From Adineta vaga (Eukaryota > Animalia > Rotifera), in the NCBI GenBank assembly GCA_021613535.1, contig CP075497.1, positions 11,470,001 through 11,534,000 on the forward strand: 64,000 bases of DNA, in the 5' to 3' direction. Positions 27,941 to 39,873 of this stretch are shown in pieces. A program made the position numbers and the translations under genes. A model generated the notes under the pieces. It did not search any database and was not told the DNA's origin. It saw only the letters and a program-made list of their open reading frames with translations. Every line of letters begins with the position of its first letter. Position 1 is the stretch's first letter.

Positions 27941-30323
27941 ATGGATAAAAAAGATAACGTTCAAGAACCATCTTCAGCTAATGAATCATCCGTAACTGAT
28001 GCTCAATCATCAGCAAATAGTGATACAACTTCAACTGCACTCGGAAATCCGGCTTTCCTTCAAAATGTTCAACAACGAATGGATTCTATGGGTGATGATT
28101 TTGCATCATTATTTGCTGGAAGGTATGAATCTAAATAAACAATTCCAAAATAGTTCGATTATCTGACTCATGATTTTGTTGTCAAACAATATCGAACGAT
28201 GTGTTTCTTTCTTTCTTGCTCTTTCTTTTGGTGTTATTTGCATCATAGAATAGACGATAAAATGCCAAGCAAATACAGAAAAGAGATAAATCTATCTGAG
28301 AATCTATTTCTTTTTTTCTACAAGTGTACGCGTGTGTCGCTTTATTGCTAATATACATTCTCTTCTGATTATTAATACGTCTTTTATCCAGTTATGTCAA
28401 ATACAGAAAGTCTTGATGATAATAGTTATATATCTGATGATGATGGTCCGCATCAATCATCGATTCCGAAAGAATATGAGTATTATGAACATGTGTAAGT
28501 AGGAAAGAATCGTTTCCTATTGGATAAACCATTGCTTTGGAATGAAAATATAAGATATTTGTTTGTTTAGTTTGCCAGCAGAAGTTGTACGTCGAGTGAA
28601 TGCACTTCGAAATCTTCAAGTTGAACATCATAAAATTGAAGCGAGCTTTTTCGAAGAAGTTCATGCACTTGAATGCCAATATTTAAGCAAATATCAACCA
28701 CTTTATGAAAAAGTAAAACAAAATTTAATTTCCTTCAAACATTTTTCTATGTTATTTTCTAGCGTTTGAATATCGTAAAAGGGGTTTATGAACCAACAGA
28801 TGCTGAGGCTAAATGTGCATTTGATGAGGATGAAGTATGATGAATGAAATTTCTTCGAAATGATTGAATTAAATTTTCAAAATGATATTTAGACTGATGA
28901 AGAAGCTAAAAAAGCAGCAGAAGCTGGTGAAAAATCCGACGAACAGAAAAAAGAAGAAGGTATGAGAGATAAAAAGAAAAATTTTCAAAATCATTCATTT
29001 CTCATAACCTTGAGTGTATGAGAAGATTATTTTATCACAAGGTCTACGCAATTTCCCATGCATTAGACTTTCTTTGGTTAGAAGATATCAATAGACAAGG
29101 CCATTGTTGATTATATCATTTGTTCTTTTTTTGACAAAAGTATTCTTGATTGATGAAGTGAAAATTGTTTTGTTTTTTGTTTTTTATTAGAAAAAGCAGT
29201 TGGTATTCCAGAATTTTGGTTACAAGTATTTAAAAATTCTGATGTTCTCTCTGAATTAATAAAAGTAAATAAGAAGAAAACAATTTTATTCTTATTTATT
29301 CATTTGAATGTTTAGGAACAAGATGAATCTGTATTGAAACATCTGATTGATGTTCGTATAACAATGAAAAATGAAGCAGCAGAAAAAGGTTTCACAATTG
29401 AATTTGAATTTGCACCCAATGAATTTTTTACGAATACGATACTAACGAAATTCTATGAACTTCGTACTGGATTAGATGAACATGAACCATTAGCTTATGA
29501 AGGACCAGAAATAATTAAATCAAAAGGCTGTGATATTCAATGGAATAAAGGCAAGAATGTTACAATAAAATTGGTAAAAAAACGACAAAAACATAAGAAT
29601 CGAGGAACAATCCGTGTTGTAACAAAAGAAGTTCAAACTGATTCATTTTTCAATTTCTTCAAACCGCCAACTGGTAAATTTGATAATGAAAGTTGAAAAT
29701 TTTTCAATTTTTTTGTTGTTTTTTCCTAGTGCCAGAAGATGCTGATGCTGAAGTAGAAGATAATGATGAAATGAGATCGTTAGCAGCTGATTTTGAAATT
29801 GGACATATGCTTCGTGATTCCATTGTACCAAAAGCTGTACTTTATTATACCGGTGAAGCTGGAGATGATGAAGATGGTGATGTAAGTCAATGATTTTATT
29901 CAATAAACATTTCAACACATATTTGTTTAGTTTGATGAGGATGAAGATGATGAAGATGATGGTAAAAATTTCAAATAAATCAAAAAGAATTTTCTCAATT
30001 GATATCTTTGTTTTAGATGACGATGATGATGATGAAGATCCAGAAGAAGATGAAGATGAAGGTACGATGAAAACAAGAATTTCAAAAAAGATTTGTCTAT
30101 TTTTTTTTATTAGGTCATGGTCATCATCATGCCGGTGGTCGAGGTGGACATCATCATGGTAAACATGGTGCCTCGGGTGGTGCAGGAGGCGTAAGTCTAA
30201 CATTTCTTTTTCATCCGAGTTTGTTTTTCAATGATTTCTTTTCTATAGAAATCACGAGGTGGTAAACATGGCGGTGGTGGTGGAGGTGGTGCTGGTCAAC
30301 AACCTGAATGCAAACAACAGTAG
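27941..30323 (+). CDS. NAP1L1: Nucleosome assembly protein 1-like
   Basis: LPAEVVRRVNALRNLQ, GIPEFWL, FEFAPNEFFTNTILTK, DSFFNFF, DFEIGHMLRDSIVPKAVLYYTGEA. Acidic tail ending PECKQQ (NAP1 farnesylation motif). Confidence 0.95.
28981..29165 (+). ncRNA. Candidate structured intronic RNA (possibly H/ACA snoRNA-like) in a NAP1 intron
   Basis: Oversized 231-nt intron with a closing stem ATTTTCA/TGAAAAT and four internal hairpins. ANANNA at 29080-29085 and ACA at 29134-29136. Confidence 0.35.
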
Positions 30324-31015
30324 ATAAACGAACAAATCGACATAAAAAAGAAATAAATTAAAATTGACGATGATTTGTCTATTTTTTCTTTCTCTTCTTT
30401 TTCAGATGCTATGTTTTGCTCGTTTTTTGTTCCGAAAAATTTCATTCATTGTTGTTCTTGTTCATGTTGTTATATCTTCGAATTTTCCTATCAAGCCATT
30501 CAAAACATTTTCGTAACATATTCAGAGAAAAAGAAAGATATAAACATACCAAAAGAAAATCGAAGACGAACAAAAATATATGTTTTTTACAATATCTCTT
30601 CTCTTTGATCTTTACTGATAGAACATTTCGAATCAGGAAACGAAGAATAAAGAAGAAGAAGAAAAAAGTTGCATCGTCATCGTTCTCTTTCTTTGACTTT
30701 AGACGTTAGTTCGTTTTTTTCTGTCTCGTAATGTTTATTACCTAATGCAAAGAAATAGTGTTCTGTTATTTTCTTATTCTTCGTGTAGGCTGACGGGAGA
30801 GAAGGTGTGATGAAGGGGAAAAAAACGTGTGCTGGCGAAATAGCATCGTTTTTTTCTTTTATCTAATGAGATTTTTAATATTCAGGATATATATATAATG
30901 TTTGGTTCAATAAATTTCAGATCAGATTTATTATGGAAAGACCTTCACGTTTCTATTCATCATTAATCAGTATTGTCAGAAATTAGTATAAAACGGTAGA
31001 ATAAAATCGATACAA

Positions 31016-32233
31016 ATGGCATCGGGCGATGATTATGAAAGTCTTCCTGAATCAATGCATCCAGCCATACATATGGCTGCTGGAGCATTGGCTGGTGTTG
31101 GTGAACATTGCGTTATGTATCCAGTCGATGTTGTTAAAGTATGTTTGAAAAAATCGTCATTTCACGTAACTTCCTTTCTATCTATATATATATATATATA
31201 CTATAGACTCGGATGCAATGTATCAACCCTGATCCTCATGCAAACTATCGAGGAATCGTACATGCTATACGACAAATGATGGCTAATGAAGGTATTTTTC
31301 GACCCGTACGTAAAATAAAATTATTTTCATGAATACAATAAACGATTGATTTGTTTTCTTCTTGGTTTAGGTTCGTGGTATGCATGTTGTTGCTTTAGCA
31401 GCTGGACCGGCACATGCACTTTATTTTTCATGTTACGAACGAATGAAATTATTATTTAGTGGAAGTTCACAAGTAGGTCATAATCCAATAGCTAATGGAT
31501 TGGCTGGTTGTTTTGCTACTTTATTCCATGATGCTTTGATGGTACCTGCTGATGGTAAACAAAATATTTTCTACATAGGATCGAATTTAAATGACTTTCT
31601 TCTAGCTATTAAACAACGTCTGCAAATCTATGCATCTCCATATTCCGGTGCAATTGATTGTCTACGGAAAATTCGTCAACGTGAAGGTCTTTCTGTTCTC
31701 TATCGAAGTTACACAACTCAATTAACCATGAATATTCCATTTCATTCAGTACATCTTGTTACCTATGAATTATTTCAAGATTATCTAAATTATGCTCGAG
31801 CATATGATCCTTTATCCCATGTTATCTCTGGTGCTGGTGCTGGTGCTATAGCATCAGCAATCACAACACCATTAGATGTTTGTAAAACATTATTAAATAC
31901 TCAAGAATGTTGTTTAGCAGCAACAGGTGGACCAACCTGTTCAGTATCCAGAAGTTCATCTGGAACGGCAAAAACTATTGCTGCAACTCAAGAAGCAAGA
32001 GGACTGATAACAGCTATTCGAGTGATATATATTCAAGGAGGACTACCTGCATTTTTCAAAGGTTTAACACCCCGTGTTCTTTATCAAATGCCAAGTACAG
32101 CAGTAGCTTGGTCTTGTTATGAGTTTTTTGTAAGTCATTCGAAGAACCGATGTTTCAATTCGATAAATAACAAATGTGTTTTATTTTATTTTCTTAGAAG
32201 CATTCTTTTGCCGGCAAACCAACAATATTATGA
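31016..32233 (+). CDS. SLC25A28: Mitoferrin (SLC25A28/37) mitochondrial iron carrier
   Basis: [74 protein letters not shown]. Three carrier repeats. Confidence 0.93.
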
Positions 32234-33193
32234 CCTGTCTAATATGTTTTTATTCTAGCAGGTCAGTGAGGTATTCAACAATCTATTTGTCGTCCTTTTC
32301 TTTTTTCGTTTGCTTGTGCGATTAATAAAATCGTTCTCGATTGTTTTGTTTTTCTCTCGTCTCTCTTTCTATGCTTATATTGATATACATGTTTATGTTA
32401 TGTGATTTTATATTTGTTCTTTACCACCTGACTTCTTCCTTTATTCTTGTCAACGAGTACATAAACAATATATATACATATAAAGAATAAGACTCAGGGA
32501 CGAGCTTAAAAGAACTTTATTCTATTGAATAATATGATCATCTAAGAAATCAAGTAGATCAATGATGAAAATGTGTTTTGCTTTGTTCGTAAAGAATTGT
32601 ATTTGATTGAAAGTAATGTTTCTTTTTTCTCATAGGAATTTTAATTTATAAGTTAAACAAGTGTTGCTATTCAAATCAAGATCCGTCCTTTTATAATTAA
32701 TCACGAAGAAAACAAGGACATCATTTTCATGTTTTATGAAATGATTTATTTTTTCTATTTCATGTTTGTGTGTGCATCTTTTTTTCCTGAATGTTTTGTT
32801 TTTCCATTGTTATACCATTATTTGATTTTTCTAGGAAAAGAATCCACATATTGTTCAAGAATCTTGTTTTTACTAGATGATTGTATTATTCAACGTGTTA
32901 TTTGCAAATGAGAATTGCACTAATACCATATCGATTGATGATTTGTCGTTTTAAAGATGTTGTATGCTGTTTAATATTTCAATCTTCAGTTTATTCAAAG
33001 AGATGCATTCTTTTTCTTGCATTTGTTCTATAGTGTAGAGTGATTGTGATATGTATATCAAATACTTTGTTTGATTTGAGCTTATAGAAAAAGATTTTGT
33101 TACTTCTATGAAGTTAAAGGAAGAATCGAAAGTATTGATGTTATTTACTATGAGGTGATCGATGCAACGATGATGTGTAAAGAGAACTATTCG

Positions 33194-33219
33194 TATATAT
33201 ATATATATATATATATATA
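33194..33219. repeat. (TA)n microsatellite
   Basis: Run of TA dinucleotides. Confidence 0.9.
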
Positions 33220-33388
33220 GATGATTGATATTAGTACTCGTCATTACTATGTTTGTAACTCGTTTATTAAGATCTATAAAAACTGAAGTTTTAGAAAAAT
33301 GCTGTTCAGATTTGTTTTTTTTCTGTAAATAAATCAACATATTTTTAGTAGAGAAGATGTATAAATCTATTGAACATTTGTTTTGTCT

Positions 33389-33960
33389 TTATTTCAATGT
33401 TTTCTTTGGAATTGCTTTCAATTTAATCCAATAAAATATCAGTCCGGCAATACCACCCAATAAAACAAATAAAAAGATAAAACTCACGAAGAAATATAAA
33501 GAAATCGATGTAGACGCTTTAATTTTATTAGCTCGAACAGTATTCATATGACTTTTTCCTGGTTTAACTAATGCTTTCGCCCATTCTCGAATCGATTGAA
33601 TTGTATAATTCGCTGGAAAACATTGACAACGATCTTTTTTTGACATTTTTGCAAATGAATGATCACAATAATCTCTTAATTCAATCATTGTTGTTTCTCG
33701 TTGACAATGAGTTAGTGAACTTGAATTATATGGGTAAAAATTTCTGTCTAGCGTACAGCTCGAACAAACAAATCCATTTCGTTTGGAAGTAATTGAATAA
33801 AGGTGATTTTTAGGAATTAATCGAAGATTTGATTTGATACCAAGTCGTGAGGGAGTGCAATCTGTGATATTAAAAAGGAAATATTGGAAGATTTATAATT
33901 CCAACAAAGTATAGCTGTGCAAACAAATAAGCCTGGACAAGATACTGAATAATACCACAT
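33389..33960 (-). CDS. Cys-rich single-pass membrane orphan protein (probable 2 exons)
   Basis: Open frame extends well upstream of the listed ORF (CTPSRLGIKSNL...CSSC...HCQ...YCD...CQC). C-terminal TM followed by a basic tail. Putative first exon MWYYSVSCPGLFVCTAIL. Confidence 0.55.
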
Positions 33961-34164
33961 GAAGCATTTAAGAAAGAAGAAATAAATACTTTGGTAAAAA
34001 CGCGCTTAAGATATGAATATTAAAAGAAGATTTCAGATGATGTCGCTTGTGAACGCGTTCAATAAAAAGTGTGAAAAATTCATTGGTCCTTGAATTTTGT
34101 CTAATATTTTAGAATAAACTTATCTCTAGTAATTTCATTTCAATTTGTTAAGGTTAAATCAATC

Positions 34165-37100
34165 ATGCCAAAGTCAAAATCTAAACTTCAAAAGTCAATA
34201 ATGACTTCCGCTGCAGCTGTTATTGGACTTACCGAAGAATTTGAATCAACATTATGTTGTTCTAAACGTGATTATTCTTTCTTTTTCTTTCTACTTTACT
34301 TTTGTTCTAAACACATTAGTTCTTCTAGAACATTGGCATGAACATTTAATACAAATTCTTCAGCAAACACAACTTAAATCAACTCAAACATTTTCTTCAA
34401 AATCAAAATCAAAAAAACCTCATTACAAATTATCTCATTCAAATATTCTTTCAAAATTATTTCGTATGACTAATCAGCATATGAATGATCAACCTGGTGG
34501 AATCTATTCCACACCAGTAGCTAAATCAATTGTTTTAGAAAAACATCAAGCATTTGCCAGTCAAATATCGAAAACATTCGATACAATTGAAAGTTTACCA
34601 TATTCATTTACAAAAACGAATCTCTTACCACAAATGAAATATCGAATGGTTTCATTAGTTACTGATCCATTTTCTGATCAGGTTATTACTTTCTTCTTCG
34701 AAAGAAACAATGAATGAATGAACGATTTCTCTTCTTTTTTTTCGAGTTTAGATGGATCGTATGGAAATCTCTACACAATTAAAAATTAATCTTCTTCGTA
34801 TTAATCATATTCATTTAAATAGTCGTTTACCTGTTAAGATTATATCCACACCAATCTGGACTCGCTGTGCTGTACATGTTGTTGTTCAAGATGAAAATAC
34901 TCATTGTCTTCGTTTATCTATTTATAATTGGTCACATGTAATTAATACACGACAAATGAAATCCTATATTTATATTCAAGAACGTTTATCATATCTTTTA
35001 CCTATCAATTCTTGTATTGTTTTATTAGATCCTTGGTTAAAAATGTGTGAAGATGGTGAAATAGGATTACGATGTGAATCTCCAAATACACATTTACTAA
35101 TGATTGATTTTGAAAGTCGTTGTTCAACAAATTTGCGAACAAATCTCGATCAATTACGTCAATGGGGCAATAGATGTTATCAAACTGATGATAATCTTGC
35201 TGCAATTGAATTTTATACATATGGTTTAAGACAAATTGATGAACAACAAGAAAATGATTTCATGTTCAAAGATAAATCTAGTAATAATCTGTCGAATGAA
35301 CAACAACATCGTATTCGTCTTTTATCGAATCGATGTGCTTCCTATTTACGTGAACGTCATGCTGGTTTAGCATTAGCTGATACAAGTATTCTTCTCTCTC
35401 TTGATGATTTTTCACGTGTATTAGAACCTTCGAAAACAACAACAAGCAAACTATTCTTTCGTTGTCTTAGTGCACATCTTCATTTAGGTTTATATGATAA
35501 AGTTGAAAGTTTAATTAAATCTCCTAAATTTAACGATGGAGAAAATTCAACATCAATGATTATATTAGAAAGAGAATTAAATAGACTTCGAGATGAAAAG
35601 ATGAAAGTTAAATATGATATTCAAGGAATGTTACGTGAACAAATTGCAATAGATAAACAGGAAAAATCACCGATGATGTTTATTGATTTACCACATTATC
35701 ATGCAGAATGTCATCGAAATGATCTCTGCGAAATTCGACCATGTCAAGTAAGTCCGAAAAAAAAAGATTATTTTAATATTGAATGGATTTTATAGGCAGA
35801 AGAATTGACAAAACGTGGTTATCCAAAAGGTTCCTATGGTGTTTATGCTTTGAAACCTATTGAAGTTGGTACTTTATTAATTGTTGAACAACCATTTGCA
35901 AGTATTGATAATCGAATCATTGGTGAACAACGTTGTCATTCAATAAATTATTGGCAAACCAATGAAATCGAATATTACAACGATGAAACATTACGTTTAT
36001 TAAATGAAGTTGAAAAACAAATGTTAATTGGAAATAATAGTTGGATGACATTTGATAAATTAAAATTAATGCAACCAATTCGACAATGGTTAAATGAAAT
36101 GAAACAGAATTGTAATGTTGAAGAAGAAGAAGAAAATAAAGATATGTTAGATTTTTTAGAAGATGAAACATCAATGGTATTGAAAAAACAATGGCAAAAA
36201 CAATTCTTAAAGTAAAGTTAATTTTCTTTTGATTATTGAATCAATTGAATTGTTTTATAGACGAATTCCACCACCATCATCTTTTATTCCTTGGCGAATT
36301 TTATTTGAAACTCAAAAACAAAATCCATTTTCTTCAAAATCAATTCATGCTTGGTATCCACTTGGTTCAATGTTTAATCATTCTTGTTTACCGAATTGTC
36401 TTTGGTATTTAATTGGTGATTATCTTTTCATTTATGTATGTTCATCAAATATTCGGCAAGGTGATGAATTAACTATTTCCTATTGTCCATTATGGATCTC
36501 ATCATTAAATGATCGAGCATATCATTTACGTCAATTTGATATTCATTCTTGTCGTTGTTTACTTTGTTCTTATGATCGATCAAATATGCCACAATATGAA
36601 ATTGAATTGAAGAAATTTACAAATTTACGTGCATTAGCAAGACAAAAGAATCTTTCGATAAATCAACGATTTGATTATGTACAAAAATTAAAATGTATTT
36701 ATGAATTTCTTATAAAAAAATTTCGACAACGTCCAATTGGTTTTATTAACGAATTCATTGATTTCGAACAAATTTTAAAATATTTTCAACAAGAAAATCT
36801 TGATACTAGTCGATCGAACGAAATTCAACAATTTTTAGAAGATCAACAATTATCATTTCTTGAACGTCTATCACGTATTTGTCGTTTTACAATCAAAGAT
36901 TTACCACAAATTGGAAATCCAATCGCATTCTTTGGTATACAAATGCAAGTGAGTTTTTTTTTCTCTAAACTTTATCGAATTGCTCTCGGAAAAAGATAAG
37001 ACGAAAATATTTCGTTTAGTTACTTGTTCAACATCTTGAACAACATTATAATCGAATAAATACATGTGATTTAAAACAATGGAATCGTTTACTCGAATGT

Positions 37101-37235
37101 CTCTATGAAATCTTTACTTTCAAATGTCATTCATCAGCAAGTGACATGCAAAAAACATTAAATGATCATCAACAATTCTTGACTAATCTTTTTCAAACGC
37201 AAACATCGATTCAACAACAAAGACAAATCATGTAA
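34165..37235 (+). CDS. TPR + SET-domain (SMYD-like) putative lysine methyltransferase with fungal-type N-terminal domain
   Basis: TPR: LRQWGNRCY..DDNLAAIEFYTYGL...LLSNRCASYL. Split SET: GVYALKPIEVGTLLIVEQPF ... SMFNHSCLPNC...GDELTISY. Post-SET C.C..C. Confidence 0.85.
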
Positions 37236-37721
37236 ATATTTGATACTTGTTTGTTTCTAGTCTTTCAGTTGTTTGTTATATATTGATATGTATATCTTAT
37301 GTTGTATATGAAATGAAAATAAAAATCTCAATCAAGAATTTTCGTTTATTTAACATTTGAAAGATCAAGAAGGGTGTGAGTGTGAGCGAGAGTGATGAAA
37401 ATGAAAAACATCAATTGAGTCTTTTTGTTTTATTAAAGAATAGAAGGACAAAGATCACATGTCTTCTATCGAATTCGAGAAAATTATCATAGAAAAGTTC
37501 ATTCAGTTAGTAAAAAGTGATGGATAAACTCGCTATCAACTTTCTTATTTACTATTTGCTACGATTGACGAACTAAAATGAACTATCAGTCCAAAATATA
37601 TTTTGATTCTTTCTTTCTCACTATAAACAATCGTGTTCTTCTACATTTGTTATTTACTATCAACAATTACTTACGATCACTACATCTGAGTTTTTACCTT
37701 TTACAAACTATTTTAACAATT

Positions 37722-38485
37722 ATGGCATCAGAGAAAAATAATAATAGTGAAACAAATACATCATCAAGACAAAATAAAACATCATCAGATACTGTACAAA
37801 ATAGTCAACAACACCAATTACAATCTAAAAATACAAATAATAACAATAATAATACTGGTGTTGTGCGTAATAAACCTTTAAGACGTTCACAACGAGCTGT
37901 AAGTAACATTAGATCTATTCATTATTGATTATTTTTAGGGTGTCGTGTTTCCTGTTCATCGAATTCATCGTATTTTGAAAGAAGGCAATTATGCTCGTCT
38001 AGTTCGAAATAATGCTGCTGTTTATATGGCTGGTGTATTGGAATATTTAGTAAACTACTCAGAAAGAGATTGCTTCTGATGATTGAACCATTTTATTTAG
38101 GTTGCCGAAGTAACTGAATTGGCAGGAAATGCTGCTCGTGAAGATAAAAGACGTCGTATTACGCCTCGTCATATCTTTTTGGCTATTTGTAATGATGAAG
38201 AATTGGTAAATAAAATACGTCATTCTCCTCATGATCACTTGTTACCAGTTTTTCATAGAATAAATTATGTCAAAACGCAACTATTGCTGAAGGTGATGTT
38301 CTTCCACATCTTCACGAAGTCTGTAAAATAAATGTTTTTCTTTTTCAAAAAATATCAAAATCTAGTTTTTTCTTTAGATATTACTTCAATCAAAAAAACG
38401 TAGCCATAGTTCACGAGGCAATACTTCAAAGAAACAAAACAATCCGAGTAGTACAGATGGTAAGAGCAAAGTTGTATTCAATTGA
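37722..38485 (+). CDS. Divergent histone H2A variant, 5 exons, long N-terminal extension (186 aa)
   Basis: Exons 37722-37898, 37939-38049, 38101-38205, 38259-38318 and 38378-38485 give [23 protein letters not shown]...[48 protein letters not shown]...TIAEGDVLP. Confidence 0.92.
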
Positions 38486-38712
38486 TTCGTTTTTTTCTTC
38501 CCAACCTGTTGTATATAATTGTACAGGTGTGAAAAACTTATGGCTTTTTATTATTATTCCTGTTAGCCTTCTTTATTTTCATTTTGAACCAATAATGTTT
38601 TATTCTATTTGTTTAAATGCTCTATATGTATTTTCTATTTTTATAATTATTGATAAAAAAAAGTAGATAAATTAATCGAATTCAAAGTGAAACAAATTAG
38701 ATTCAAAATTTG

Positions 38713-39873
38713 TTATTCCGAATCAGTAGGATTCAATCGATCACGATACATTTGTTTTAATTCTATCCAAAGTCTATAATAATCTGAAAAAGCATGATGA
38801 CCAAGATGGCGTCCAGTTGAACAAGTAAGAAGTGGTGAAATTCCAGGAGGAGGATTTTTCATAGTCGTATTTTTAATTAATCCAGCACATGTATCGACTG
38901 AACCTTGATAAAATCCGAAAGGAATAAGTTGACACGCAAAATTTAACCGTTGAGCAATAATTCCAGTAATATATACATCAGCAAAACGAAATGGGTGTTT
39001 ATCTTTTGAAGCCTCAGTAGTTAATGCAGATCTCGTTGCAGAATTAATCAAATAACCAAAGCCTAAATTGAAGATAATAGATTAAAGAAAAAGGTGAAAT
39101 CTAAAGGAAGAGATTTACAAACCAGAACAATAACCTGGATATAAATCTGGTGCATATTCTTCTCGACTAACATAGTACGGTGAGTGTGTCAAATTTCGTT
39201 CTGGACTTCCTGCTGAATATGCTAGACCAAACAAAAATTTCTTTCCATCATCTGTGCTTTTTGCAAGAAATAACGAATCAATTTGAGTACTATATAAATA
39301 TCGATTATAAACATCATCAGGATCAGTTTGAAGTTCTCGAATAATTTCATGTAAAAGAAGAACATTAACAAAAAGATCGTCTTCTGTTTTAAATATATAA
39401 GTTACATTTGAACAATATCGATCTAACCATTGGTAAGTATGAATTTCTTTTAATGTAAAATCATGATCTTTAGTAGTTAAATAGAGTATATCTTTTTCAT
39501 GGGTTGCTTCTTTTGTTACATCTTTATAGAAATTTCCGTGTGGATAATAGCCAAAAGCAAAAAGACGTCGAGAACGTACATCGAACATATTAGGCATTGA
39601 TCCCCATGTTTCACGAATAGCTTGTCGTTCAAGAAAGTTTCCACTAGCAGTAATTATAACGATAAGTAGATCGATTTGTTGAGAAGAACACAAATGAGTA
39701 TTTTCTATCAATGGTATTGAATTATTCAGAGCATGAAGATACGCATTTCTTTCTTCAATATCATCTTCGGTTAACATATGACGTTTCGATGAATAGAATA
39801 CATAATATATAATATAAATCAATAATGCGATACTCATAAGAACACATATTCGATCATTAGAAAGTTTTCGCAT
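38713..39873 (-). CDS. Beta-1,3-galactosyltransferase family (GT31), type II membrane protein
   Basis: N-terminal TM; RQAIRETWG, FKTEDDLFVN, YPGYCSG.GY, ADVYITG. One intron. Confidence 0.88.
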
